DNA of 63,745 nt, the filler included, from Octopus bimaculoides (Eukaryota), in the NCBI RefSeq assembly GCF_001194135.2. It is 6 parts of 6 records of this genome, joined end to end, with 100 filler letters (N's around TTAATTAATTAA, not from the genome) between each part and the next. Parts side by side here need not be neighbours in the genome. Positions count along the whole stretch, not along the records: positions 11,132 to 40,878 come from NC_068981.1; 5 more parts are not named here. One strand, 5' to 3'. The notes under the pieces were generated by a model that searched no databases, was not told where the DNA came from, and was given only the letters and a program-made list of their open reading frames with translations. This document shows positions 25,014 through 37,859 of this stretch, piece by piece. The translations under genes were made by a program, and so were the position numbers. Position 1 is the stretch's first letter. Every line of letters begins with the position of its first letter.

Positions 25014-27099
25014 TGTGTTTATACATATACATAAATGCATACATACATATATATGGTATATATGCATATATATTTACACATTTGCATACATTCATTCATA
25101 TACACACAAACACACACATCCACACATATATATATATGTATATATATGTATAATTATATATATATATATATANNNNNNNNNNNNNNNNNNNNNNNNNNNN
25201 NNNNNNNNNNNNNNNNNNNNNNNNNNNNNNNNNNNNNNNNNNNNNNNNNNNNNNNNNNNNNNNNNNNNNNNNNNNNNNNNNNNNNNNNNNNNNNNNCTGT
25301 ATATACATACATACATTTACAGAGATGCATGTATATGCACATACACATAAATGCATGTAACCGTACGCATTTGTATAAACGTATATTGATACGAAGATAT
25401 TGTAAACGTAAATATACCTTTGTAGCAGACAAATATGTATGAAATATGTAATACATGCATATATTATTAATACATGTATCTATGTATTCATACGCATACA
25501 GACATACATATATTTCTATACATTAATGCATAGGCATACATACATACATGCATATGCATACTCTCACACATACAGACATATATTAACACTCACATACATC
25601 ACACAACACATAGGTATAACACCCACTTATACATATATAAATACAAATACAAACACATAATTACATATATATATATATATATATATATATACCAACACGC
25701 ACACGTTTTCACATATATGCGTGCACATACATACGTACACACTATTTTATGGGAAGAAAGACAGAGATAACCATCCAATTATAGATTCTGCTGGCGCACT
25801 CGTATTCATGTTTTCAGAGATAAACTGTCAATGATAAAACTGGAAAGAAGATGGATGGAAAAAAATGTAATATCAGCGATAGGTAAAAGTATTAATAGAA
25901 AAATATTGAGAAAGCGGTAATAACTATTACAGAAGCACAAACATACATATCTGGGAGAAGTAAACATCAGAGATGCCTTATCCCAAGGAGAAATTATTGG
26001 AGCTACTTGAAGCTGTTGTAAAGATTTCCTCTTGATAGCGATCAAAGATATGACATTTTTGGAAACCATTGCCTATCTTTAGCTTGTATACCAGGTCAGA
26101 AGCGTTTATATACCTTAGTCTGTACGCTTTGTCCCTAGAAATCTAATCCCGTGAGGAGAATTGGTAGAAAACCAACCGGAGGAAAACAACATTTGTTTAG
26201 AGACTAGTAAAGCAGGAATATAGCGTTAGTCCTAGAAATAATCGAGAGGGTTAACGAGCGTGGAGTAAAACTACTCTGGGAGTGATAGAGACCTTGCTCT
26301 TATCCCAACATATGTTAAAAAGACCAAGCTACACTTACTATTACATAAACCTCAATAATTTTGAGCCACCGGGAGGAAAGGTGTCATATCTGAAAAGTAT
26401 GCAGCTCCGTGCACGCCTTATATATATATATATATATNNNNNNNNNNNNNNNNNNNNNNNNNNNNNNNNNNNNNNNNNNNNNNNNNNNNNNNNNNNNNNN
26501 NNNNNNNNNNNNNNNNNNNNNNNNNNNNNNNNNNNNNNNNNNNNNNNNNNNNNNNNNNNNNNNNNNNNNNNNNNNNNNNNNNNNNNNNNNNNNNNNNNNN
26601 NNNNNNNNNNNNNNNNNNNNNNNNNNNNNNNNNNNNNNNNNNNNNNNNNNNNNNNNNNNNNNNNNNNNNNNNNNNNNNNNNNNNNNNNNNNNNNNNNNNN
26701 NNNNNNNNNNNNNNNNNNNNNNNNNNNNNNNNNNNNNNNNNNNNNNNNNNNNNNNNNNNNNNNNNNNNNNNNNNNNNNNNNNNNNNNNNNNNNNNNNNNN
26801 NNNNNNNNNNNNNNNNNNNNNNNNNNNNNNNNNNNNNNNNNNNNNNNNNNNNNNNNNNNNNNNNNNNNNNNNNNNNNNNNNNNNNNNNNNNNNNNNNNNN
26901 NNNNNNNNNNNNNNNNNNNNNNNNNNNNNNNNNNNNNNNNNNNNNNNNNNNNNNNNNNNNNNNNNNNNNNNNNNNNNNNNNNNNNNNNNNNNNNNNNNNN
27001 NNNNNNNNNNNNNNNNNNNNNNNNNNNNNNNNNNNNNNNNNNNNNNNNNNNNNNNNNNNNNNNNNNNNNNNNNNNNNNNNNNNNNNNNNNNNNNNNNNN

Positions 27100-27155
<56 letters not shown>

Positions 27156-28574
27156 CACATACATACACACATATACACACACATACATATATACATACAT
27201 AAATACACACACATACATATATATATGTGTGTGTGGCCGTACTTCGAACTTAGGGGATCCTGGGTTAAATTGAGTTTGGTTGACCCTTTATATAGAAAAT
27301 CGAAATACGCTACAAATCAGCAGATTTACATTGGAATTAGAGTTGAGAAGTTATAGATACATGAGCAGGTTAAATGCAATAAGAGGCAAGCAAAAAATAA
27401 AATCGAAACTCACCAGTTATACATAAATGCGAAAACAGAAATTTTACAAAGAAATTAACATGAATGTTGAAAGTTATACAGGACTGTTACATGGAAAAAA
27501 AAAGCAAAAAAGCTTAGGCCAAATTGTAACAAATAAAAAAAACATACGAAACAGTAAAGATTTATCAAAATTACCTGAAATTCTAAAAATATGTAAAAAC
27601 AAACCAAAAGAACTCTGCTTTATTTTCATTTGAATGGTGCTTTGATTTCATCTTAACAGGTTTTCACTCCAGTTCTACATAGTATACACGTCCTTTTATT
27701 TATAGAAATGCACTAGCAGTAGAAGTTTTCAGTGAATAGCTATTTATTTTTTGGTTTAATATTATTTAAAGCAGAAAATATTCTTTCATCGTCAGCAGCA
27801 GAGCGAGTTAATGAAACGAGATTAAAAATTAAATTCGATAGTCGAGGATGATGGAACTTAGTCCTGCACTTTTCTACAGAAATCTAACGTAAGTTTTTTA
27901 GGCTTTTTATCTAGTACAGTTGGTGCTTCCTGTAATGTTAACTTTATCCACTTCGTATTGATCTGCTAATAATGCTATTTTGATACTATGTTCAGAAATT
28001 TTATTGCAAATCAAGTATTAGAGTGTGACGTTGTATGAATAACATTTTCTGGGTCCAAGACTCTTCTACCTTCAAGTTAGCAAACATTTCATGCAATAAA
28101 AATCGCTGAAACATTTGCATTAGAAGACTAAGATAAAAGTTCACTATTTTAATTTGAAAATTCTATTGCTCTATAGAGAGAACTTTGTCGGTATTGTCCA
28201 GGAAGATCCGTTCTATAACAGTTGAAAGGTCTCAAAGGATACACTCATTCTTTCACAGTTGCAAGTAAATGTGTATGTATGTGTGTGTGTACGTACATAT
28301 GTGTGATTGCGTGTGCGTTTATTAATGTATGTATGCATATAAGTGTGCGTGAGGGAGACCCACAATAGGAACTCTATTCAGAGTAACTGCAATGTATGTC
28401 ACAAACAACAAGAGAATGCCAGAACAAAAAAAAAAAAAAAATCATCTCGTTCAATTCACCTTTTAGCCTAAATGTAGCACACATCTTCCCGACACTAGTC
28501 ACCAAACACTTTTCAACAGAACATAAATATCTCTCAATATTCAACCCTCTGCAACGAATATAAATATATTCTTT

Positions 28575-28790
28575 TCTACTCTAGGTACAAGGCCCGAAAT
28601 TTTTGGGGATGGGGTCAGTCAATTAGAACGACCTCAGTACGCAACAGATAATACTTAATTTATCGACCCCGAAAGGATGAAAGGCAAAGTCGACCTTGGC
28701 AGAATTTGAACTCAGAAGGTAACGACAGACGAAATACCGATAAGCATTTCACCCGGCATGCTAACGTTTCTGCCAGCTCGCCACCTTCAA
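28575..28790 (-). mobile_element. SINE group B, near full length
   Basis: ttatcgaccccgaaaggatgaaaggcaaagtcgaccttggcagaatttgaactcagaa...ctgccagctcgcc. Confidence 0.85.
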
Positions 28791-30314
28791 TATAAATATA
28801 TTACAGAAAGTAATGCAGGCAAAATATGTGACGTGATGCCAAGACAAAGACAAGATATTGTATCATTCTGTAGTGAGAATTTATAGTCAGTACAAGGTGT
28901 TGATGAGGCTGCGTGTATGTTATTACAAGAGTTCATATAGAGATGAAAGAATAAATTCAAGATCTATATATTTACTACATAAAAATAGGGAGGTTACTCT
29001 ATGATCTTTCTTGCAAGGGAGATCATTCAACTATTTAGCTACCTATACCACTACAGTTCTACATAAGTTGTCAAATACGTCTGTTACATTTCGAGAATAC
29101 TTCCCTTTATCAAGTTTAAGAATGAAAAACCTCCAAATGCTCAGAGAAAATAAGTGTTATTATCGGCCGACAATCTGAATCACAAGGTATTAGTCAGTCT
29201 GGGACAATAGTAGAAGAAACTACGGGGCTGTACATGATTCTTCTTAAACAAACAACCATGCCTGCGCTTACAAAACCACACACTCGTGCGTACGAACACA
29301 AATATATGTTCTCTATGTGGCTTGTGTGTTTTCTGTACTCTGGTTATTATTATTTTCTTGTCTACGTTTTGTTTGCAACGTCCTGTACCCAGATATGCAC
29401 CTATATATACAGGTGAACGTAGGTATGCACATACCTGTACGTATATATGCATATACTCATTTATTATTTGTTTATATATATATATATATATATATATAAT
29501 AATTTTCCCAGAGGATGTAGCAACCGTTACCAATATAGCATAAGAACTTACCTTAGGAGATCATTAATTAGATTCCTTAAGGGTCGTTCTCACAGTTTAT
29601 ATTTNNNNNNNNNNNNNNNNNNNNNNNNNNNNNNNNNNNNNNNNNNNNNNNNNNNNNNNNNNNNNNNNNNNNNNNNNNNNNNNNNNNNNNNNNNNNNNNN
29701 NNNNNNNNNNNNNNNNNNNNNNNNNNNNNNNNNNNNNNNNNNNNNNNNNNNNNNNNNNNNNNNNNNNNNNNNNNNNNNNNNNNNNNNNNNNNNNNNNNNN
29801 NNNNNNNNNNNNNNNNNNNNNNNNNNNNNNNNNNNNNNNNNNNNNNNNNNNNNNNNNNNNNNNNNNNNNNNNNNNNNNNNNNNNNNNNNNNNNNNNNNNN
29901 NNNNNNNNNNNNNNNNNNNNNNNNNNNNNNNNNNNNNNNNNNNNNNNNNNNNNNNNNNNNNNNNNNNNNNNNNNNNNNNNNNNNNNNNNNNNNNNNNNNN
30001 NNNNNNNNNNNNNNNNNNNNNNNNNNNNNNNNNNNNNNNNNNNNNNNNNNNNNNNNNNNNNNNNNNNNNNNNNNNNNNNNNNNNNNNNNNNNNNNNNNNN
30101 NNNNNNNNNNNNNNNNNNNNNNNNNNNNNNNNNNNNNNNNNNNNNNNNNNNNNNNNNNNNNNNNNNNNNNNNNNNNNNNNNNNNNNNNNNNNNNNNNNNN
30201 NNNNNNNNNNNNNNNNNNNNNNNNNNNNNNNNNNNNNNNNNNNNNNNNNNNNNNNNNNNNNNNNNNNNNNNNNNNNNNNNNNNNNNNNNNNNNNNNNNNN
30301 NNNNNNNNNNNNNN

Positions 30315-30351
<37 letters not shown>

Positions 30352-30894
30352 ATGTATGTATATATATATTGATAACGAGCATAAGGAAGAGCTTAACTAA
30401 ACTTCGCTAAAATATGGTGATTGGTTATTCTTGTATGTAAATATCAGAAAATATACAAAGTGGAGCGTTGTTTACCAAATATTAATACTAAATATAAACT
30501 GACATAATTCTCTATTTGCATCTAAGCAAATCAGTTTATCTAACATCAAATGTTCTGTAAATCATATGTTGAGACCTACAATTTATTAAAATATATTATC
30601 ATAGAAATTGATTATTTAAAAGTGAATATTTTATTAGAAACGGGAGGAAAATATCTTTATTTTATGAATTGTTTTCGTTCAATGGTAATGAGACATAGAA
30701 TAAATCAATGTGAATAGCCACAACTTGTATCATTAATAGTGGAAAGATATTAAATTTTCATTAAATTAGGGATTGATTTAGCTAGCTTACTTCTCTGTAA
30801 GTAAGCTATTTGTTCATGCATTCCTATACAAAGGAAGATAATTATCAATTATCTTATGTGCAACAGAAGATAATTAAAATATTTAACAGTCTGT

Positions 30895-30958
<64 letters not shown>

Positions 30959-32329
30959 TTATCTGTCAGATTCTCATCCTCTATGTATATATGTATCAGT
31001 ATATATTAATGTGTGTATATATATATATATANNNNNNNNNNNNNNNNNNNNNNNNNNNNNNNNNNNNNNNNNNNNNNNNNNNNNNNNNNNNNNNNNNNNN
31101 NNNNNNNNNNNNNNNNNNNNNNNNNNNNNNNNNNNNNNNNNNNNNNNNNNNNNNNNNNNNNNNNNNNNNNNNNNNNNNNNNNNNNNNNNNNNNNNNNNNN
31201 NNNNNNNNNNNNNNNNNNNNNNNNNNNNNNNNNNNNNNNNNNNNNNNNNNNNNNNNNNNNNNNNNNNNNNNNNNNNNNNNNNNNNNNNNNNNNNNNNNNN
31301 NNNNNNNNNNNNNNNNNNNNNNNNNNNNNNNNNNNNNNNNNNNNNNNNNNNNNNNNNNNNNNNNNNNNNNNNNNNNNNNNNNNNNNNNNNNNNNNNNNNN
31401 NNNNNNNNNNNNNNNNNNNNNNNNNNNNNNNNNNNNNNNNNNNNNNNNNNNNNNNNNNNNNNNNNNNNNNNNNNNNNNNNNNNNNNNNNNNNNNNNNNNN
31501 NNNNNNNNNNNNNNNNNNNNNNNNNNNNNNNNNNNNNNNNNNNNNNNNNNNNNNNNNNNNNNNNNNNNNNNNNNNNNNNNNNNNNNNNNNNNNNNNNNNN
31601 NNNNNNNNNNNNNNNNNNNNNNNNNNNNNNNNNNNNNNNNNNNNNNNNNNNNNNNNNNNNNNNNNNNNNNNNNNNNNNNNNNNNNNNNNNNNNNNNNNNN
31701 NNNNNNNNNNNNNNNNNNNNNNNNNNNNNNNNNNNNNNNNNNNNNNNNNNNNNNNNNNNNNNNNNNNNNNNNNNNNNNNNNNNNNNNNNNNNNNNNNNNN
31801 NNNNNNNNNNNNNNNNNNNNNNNNNNNNNNNNNNNNNNNNNNNNNNNNNNNNNNNNNNNNNNNNNNNNNNNNNNNNNNNNNNNNNNNNNNNNNNNNNNNN
31901 NNNNNNNNNNNNNNNNNNNTATATATATATATATCCACCACATACCTGTGATAAATGTAAGACCGAGATAGATAAAATAGATAAGTAAAACTATATAAAG
32001 GGCATGGATATATCCGAAAGGAAAACATACACACACACAAACACAAGGACACAAGCGCATGCGCACATGAGGATGCACATCTTAGAAGAACCAAATGGAG
32101 TAAGTGGAGCAAGAACACTCACGGAAACGAAAAGTGTCACAGATGTGTCACGAAAGATTTTCGGACAATGGACATAAGTTAGTGTTATATTGCACGTTCA
32201 GATGCCCTCTACTCAAATACTCGACGTCTAGACTTCTCCCCCTATATCTACGTATTGGGCTAGCCTACTTGATCGTCTGGGGGCGTCGACACAACAGTTA
32301 GAAATAATAAAATAAGAACAGTAATTAGC

Positions 32330-32686
32330 GAGTGAAAAAAATATACATATAGTGCTATACTTTGCATGATATGTGCTGTGGTTAAGATCTCCGATGTACG
32401 TTGTAGCTAACTTTCCTATCCTTGAGTTCCCATAAATAGTTACTTAATCCCGTTGAATTCCTCCTATTTCTGTTTCTAAAATTGTACCCATGGTGATTAA
32501 GTCTATGTTTCATATTGTTTTGGGTTGCTCCTACATATGCCTTATTACCTGATTGGGTACTCTCTATACTACTTCCTTTCTAATGCAATTATTATTAAAA
32601 ACACAATTACTGCTAATTCTACAATCACAGGTCCTTATATACATTTATTTTATCTTATCTGATCTGTTTCTTATCCCTACGTTTTT
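32330..32686 (-). mobile_element. Penelope-like element, GIY-YIG endonuclease relic
   Basis: Minus strand TCDCRISSNCVFNNNCIRKEVV*R, frameshift, then KAYVGATQNNMKHRLNHHGYNFRNRNRRNSTGLSNYLWELKDRKVSYNV. This matches the CxCR-C-C-VVY motif and the YIG/R/T.LS.YIW.LK motifs of Penelope endonucleases. Confidence 0.75.
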
Positions 32687-32828
32687 TACATTATTTATAT
32701 TTGACGGATATTTGTCCTCTTTTTCTTTGTTGCTAACACACCGTTTCGGCTGATATACCCTCCAGACTTCATCAGGTGTCTTGGGGGAAATTTTGAATCT
32801 GAGTTCTCATTCCTAAGGTATTTTTCGA

Positions 32829-32890
<62 letters not shown>

Positions 32891-33039
32891 TCACTGCCTC
32901 GAATCAAACTCGGAATCTTGGGGTTAGTAGCCCGCGCTCTTGACCAGCCGAAACATTGTGTTAGCAACAAAGAAGATGAGGACAAATATTCGTCAAATGT
33001 AAATAATGTACATAATTTCTCATGTCATAAATATAGAAC
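32687..33039. mobile_element. tRNA-headed, hammerhead-tailed non-autonomous element with inverted tail duplication and 12-bp TSD
   Basis: Minus strand: tRNA-like head (32887-32946), (AAT)n, hammerhead-like core (32780-32736). Plus strand 32945-33010 repeats 32752-32688 inverted (6 mismatches in 66 nt). ccctacgttttt flanks both sides (32675-32686, 33040-33051). Confidence 0.75.
32736..32780 (-). ncRNA. Degenerate minimal type-I hammerhead ribozyme motif
   Basis: gacac-CUGAUGA-a-gucug[gagggUAUAU]cagcc-GAAA-c-g-g-u-guguu; stem I gacac/guguu; U16.1 is mutated in this copy. Confidence 0.65.
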
Positions 33040-33540
33040 CCCTACGTTTTTGTTTATTTATTTTTGTTTATCTGTCTTATTGCTTATTTGTTTATTTGTC
33101 TTACAAAAATAATCGCTAATTAGATACATTACCCAAGATATACTAAGTAGAAAACACTATCCGCACTCACTACTAACTCCACCGTTAGAAATTCCCAGGA
33201 CAAATTTTGCCCGAAACACCTCTGCATTATTACTGTTATTATCATTACCGTTCTTACGATTGTATTGTTATTATTGTTATTGTTATTTATATTCGTACGT
33301 ATATATCTACAGTTATTTATTTGTTTATTTATTTATATATTTATATTCTTCTCTTATTTTGTTCTATATGATTCTTATCCCATTGTCTCCTGAACCTGTG
33401 ATACATACACCACTTCTTACCAACAAGAATTCGGTTTCACTATTCAAGGAGAGAAATTATCTCCTAACCAATTAGTTACTGATTAAAAGATAGTTGGTGT
33501 GATTCTTGATATAATTATGCGTAACATTTCATTCTTTTAT

Positions 33541-33925
33541 TCTTTTATTTGTTTCAGTCATTTGAATGCGACCATGCTGGAGTACCGCCTTTAGTCGAAG
33601 AAATCGACCCCAGGACTTATTCTTTGTGAGGCTAGTATTTATTTAATGGTTCTCTTTTGCCGAACCGCTAAGTTACGGGGACGTAAACACACTAATATCG
33701 GTTGCCAAGCGATGGTGGGGAGACAAACACAAACACACATACACAAAAAATATATATATATACAACGGGCTTCTTTCAGTTTCCACCAACCAAATCCACT
33801 CACAAGGCTTAGGTCGGCCCAAGGCTATATTAGAACAAACTTGCCCAAGAAGCCACGAAGTCGGACTGAACTCGGAACCATGTGATTGGGAAGCAAGCTT
33901 CTTACAACACAGCCACGCCTGTGCC
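33541..33925 (-). mobile_element. tRNA-derived SINE with V-domain/MER6-like middle (group V)
   Basis: Reverse complement has tRNA head ...ggttccgagttcagtcc, cttgggcaagt, ccttgtgagtggatttgg...gaaactgaaagaagcccgt, internal (TA/TG)n and tail gactaaaggcggtactccagcatgg. Confidence 0.85.
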
Positions 33926-34180
33926 AAAAATTTAAAAGTCAAATGGCTTGCTGGTGAAGTAAGTCTCATGTCAGGAATGCTATAAAATCTATTAGAGACA
34001 TTTGTCTGCGACTGGGCTCGGAATCGGGTTGAGAACTATCATCATAATAGCAAATAGACGGAAATTGAAATACTTTGGAGAATGAACGAAAACGAGATTA
34101 GGAGAAAAAGAAAAAGAAAAGAATGCAAAGAAGGAAAGAAAGAGAGAGAGAGACAGAGAGATAGATAGATAGATAGATAG

Positions 34181-34222
<42 letters not shown>

Positions 34223-35358
34223 AGAATGAAACAAGGAGGAGGCTGAGCTAGAGAAGGAGAAAGAGAAATTATAAATATAACACTTTCATATATCCATAGA
34301 CAGATATGGCAAATTCAAAATTATGTATAGAATATGGGAAGGGTAAGAGTTTATAGTCAATAATTCTCATGATTTATGTTCAGACAATGCGAAACTCTTA
34401 CCAGAGAAACTAGCACTATAAGAGTCTCCTCTTTTATCTCCTCTTCCCAATGAGCCTGAAAATCAAAGAGTTGTATTGATATTTTGATATAATTCTGTAC
34501 GCAGTGGTTGGAACATTCATTTGAAAAGTCAGTGCATTTAAAATCGAGGAAACGTTCAATAATATCAAAATGTTATTAATGATATATTATCGCTTTGAAA
34601 TTAAACACGTTTTGTTTTTCCTTTCTTTTCTCCATGAACTTTGAACAACAGCGAACTCTTTGGCTACGAGGCTAGTGTTTCTTTTTATGGATCTCTATTA
34701 ACTTTTTATATATTTCCTTCCATATTAGTAATATCAAATTTATTGTAAATATGATAATGTTATTCTCAGGAGTTTGATCTCCTGTAAAGTTTTCTATTGC
34801 AATTTTCAATATTGCTCAGCGAAAGAAATCCTCGAATCTCTTCACTCTCCCGCTCGACGTTTCTCAATATTTTTGCTTTATTTGCATGTTTGTTCTTTCA
34901 TCGTTTATTTTTGCCTTGCCCTTTCATCTTTGTCACTTTGCATATCCTTATATATATANNNNNNNNNNNNNNNNNNNNNNNNNNNNNNNNNNNNNNNNNN
35001 NNNNNNNNNNNNNNNNNNNNNNNNNNNNNNNNNNNNNNNNNNNNNNNNNNNNNNNNNNNNNNNNNNNNNNNNNNNNNNNNNNNNNNNNNNNNNNNNNNNN
35101 NNNNNNNNNNNNNNNNNNNNNNNNNNNNNNNNNNNNNNNNNNNNNNNNNNNNNNNNNNNNNNNNNNNNNNNNNNNNNNNNNNNNNNNNNNNNNNNNNNNN
35201 NNNNNNNNNNNNNNNNNNNNNNNNNNNNNNNNNNNNNNNNNNNNNNNNNNNNNNNNNNNNNNNNNNNNNNNNNNNNNNNNNNNNNNNNNNNNNNNNNNNN
35301 NNNNNNNNNNNNNNNNNNNNNNNNNNNNNNNNNNNNNNNNNNNNNNNNNNNNNNNNNN

Positions 35359-35448
35359 GGCGCCTTGTGAAAGTGTCTTCTACTATAGCCTGGTGCCGAC
35401 CAAAGCCTTGTGAGTGAATTTAGTAGACGGAAGCGCAAAGAAGCCCCA

Positions 35449-35450
<2 letters not shown>
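35359..35450 (+). mobile_element. Group V SINE fragment
   Basis: ccttgtgaaagtgtcttctactatagcc...gaccaaagccttgtgagtg...gtagacggaag. Confidence 0.8.
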
Positions 35451-35495
<45 letters not shown>

Positions 35496-35519
35496 TATTG
35501 GTATCTAGAAGAGCCAAGA

Positions 35520-35880
35520 TGGCAGGTAAGGTTATGTAAGTGCTACGGGAAGGCCATAGTTAGACCCTCGGTTCAATAATAATACGAGTGAGAGGAGTCT
35601 AATGTGAGTCTTGTGTGGGCATATACATGTTAAATAAAATGAGACAACAAAACCAAGGCTGTGTGGTATTTATAGGACATTTATAAAAAGAAAAGTAGTC
35701 TTATAGCTGTTTCTGGGATATTAGGAATATCCCTTCATCAGAGACGTATAAAAGAGTTAACTAGAGGGAAATAGTAGAGTTCAATATAAAGAGTTATTTT
35801 GGAAAAGGATAGAAATAGAAAGTATAAATGGAAATAAGAGAATAAAAATAAACGTAAAAATATATGTAGGATGTTACAAT
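35520..35880 (-). mobile_element. Penelope pLTR-like repeat carrying a hammerhead motif
   Basis: Contains the hammerhead at 35698-35745; the boundaries are approximate. Confidence 0.5.
35698..35745 (-). ncRNA. Minimal type-I hammerhead ribozyme motif
   Basis: gucu-CUGAUGA-a-gggauauu-ccu-aauauccc-a-GAAA-c-agcu-a-U-A-agac: stem I 4 bp, stem II 8 bp perfect, palindromic stem III loop agcu, one mismatch at position 16.2. Confidence 0.8.
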
Positions 35881-36704
35881 TGCAGTTCCATTATCCAAGG
35901 AAAGTGCTGTGTAGAATGGGTAGAAATGCTTTTTGCCTATGGTATGTAGATTCCGATAGGAGTTCATATTTTGATATTACAAGTTGATAGTGTGGAGACA
36001 TAAATTCCATGTGCTGTTCATTCAAAGGGGTTTGCAATTGTATGAATTAAAATGCACAAACGCATTTATATTCCTGTAGAGTTAAGACAGCGTTTTTAAA
36101 CAGCACTACTTGAATAAAATAATGTTGGATTAGGTCATTACAATACATCAGTATATCAAGCTAATGGCTCTTAGACGCGATAAATAAGGGAATAGAATAG
36201 AACCGATAGAAATGAAAAAGGTTGGAGTCCATGTGATCAAAGCTGACCGAGATGAGTTTTTGAAGGTGCTGTCTCAATATATAAAGCTAACGTACAATTG
36301 GAATGCCAATAACGCCAGAAGTTCATCGAGCAGAGGATGAATGGAGCGTTGTATATTACGATAGAATAACTATGAAAGAATTCATTTGTGACAAGTGGAG
36401 ACTACTGTTGCTTAGTGCGTGATGCACTGCGAGCAAGGCGGCCTAAAAGTTTTACCTTTACCAATGATTATTGTCCAAGGAACTGGTCAGGCAATTCTCC
36501 CGCTCGACACGTGAATTTACCTCACTATTCTCCTTATCATTGGATCGACCTTGATGATAAGAATACGAACCTTATGCTACCTCGTTCCTTTCTATTCCAC
36601 CTTTTTCTTATAAAGGGTATTAGTCCCAAATATCTATTTACTGAAATGAATGTCATCTCTGTCAAATAAAAAAAATCTGCATTGCTGACGATGACTTTTC
36701 ATTC

Positions 36705-36736
<32 letters not shown>

Positions 36737-37512
36737 TGTATGCATGTATGTATGTATGTATGTATGTATGTATGTATGTATGTAGATATATGTGTGTGTG
36801 TAATATATATACATATATATATATATATATGTGTGATATATACATATACATATGTATATATATATATATACATATATATATATGATATATATATATATAN
36901 NNNNNNNNNNNNNNNNNNNNNNNNNNNNNNNNNNNNNNNNNNNNNNNNNNNNNNNNNNNNNNNNNNNNNNNNNNNNNNNNNNNNNNNNNNNNNNNNNNNN
37001 NNNNNNNNNNNNNNNNNNNNNNNNNNNNNNNNNNNNNNNNNNNNNNNNNNNNNNNNNNNNNNNNNNNNNNNNNNNNNNNNNNNNNNNNNNNNNNNNNNNN
37101 NNNNNNNNNNNNNNNNNNNNNNNNNNNNNNNNNNNNNNNNNNNNNNNNNNNNNNNNNNNNNNNNNNNNNNNNNNNNNNNNNNNNNNNNNNNNNNNNNNNN
37201 NNNNNNNNNNNNNNNNNNNNNNNNNNNNNNNNNNNNNNNNNNNNNNNNNNNNNNNNNNNNNNNNNNNNNNNNNNNNNNNNNNNNNNNNNNNNNNNNATAA
37301 AGTAGAGGAGAACAAGAGTGTGGAACGATCATGTGTGTTTCTCAAAGGGATTGTAGGCGAGAACAAGATGTGAAGAAAGAAAGAAAGAAAGGAAAGAAAG
37401 AAAAGAGACAAGAACTAGAAGAAAACGGATGACGTTCAAATTCATGAGGATTAGAATGTGGACAAAGGTGTGAAGAAGGCGGAGAAGACAGAAAAGATGA
37501 GCAGAAGTGTTT

Positions 37513-37514
<2 letters not shown>

Positions 37515-37571
<57 letters not shown>

Positions 37572-37798
37572 AAGAAGAAGAGAAGGAAGAAGAAAAGTTG
37601 AAGAAAAGAAGAAAAAGAAGAAGAAGAAGATGAAGAAGAAAAAAGAGGAAGAAGATGATGAAGAAGAAGAAGAAGAAGAAGTAGAAGAAGAAGTAGAAGA
37701 AGAAGAAAAGAAGAAGAAAAAGAAGAAGAGGAAGAAGAGAAGAAGAAAAAAGATGAAGAAGAAGAAAAAGAAGTAGAAGAAGAGAAGAAGAAAAAAGA

Positions 37799-37852
<54 letters not shown>
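37515..37852. repeat. Compound (AAT)n/(AAG)n purine-rich tract
   Basis: Direct inspection. Confidence 0.95.
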
Positions 37853-37853
<1 letters not shown>

Positions 37854-37859
37854 GAATGG

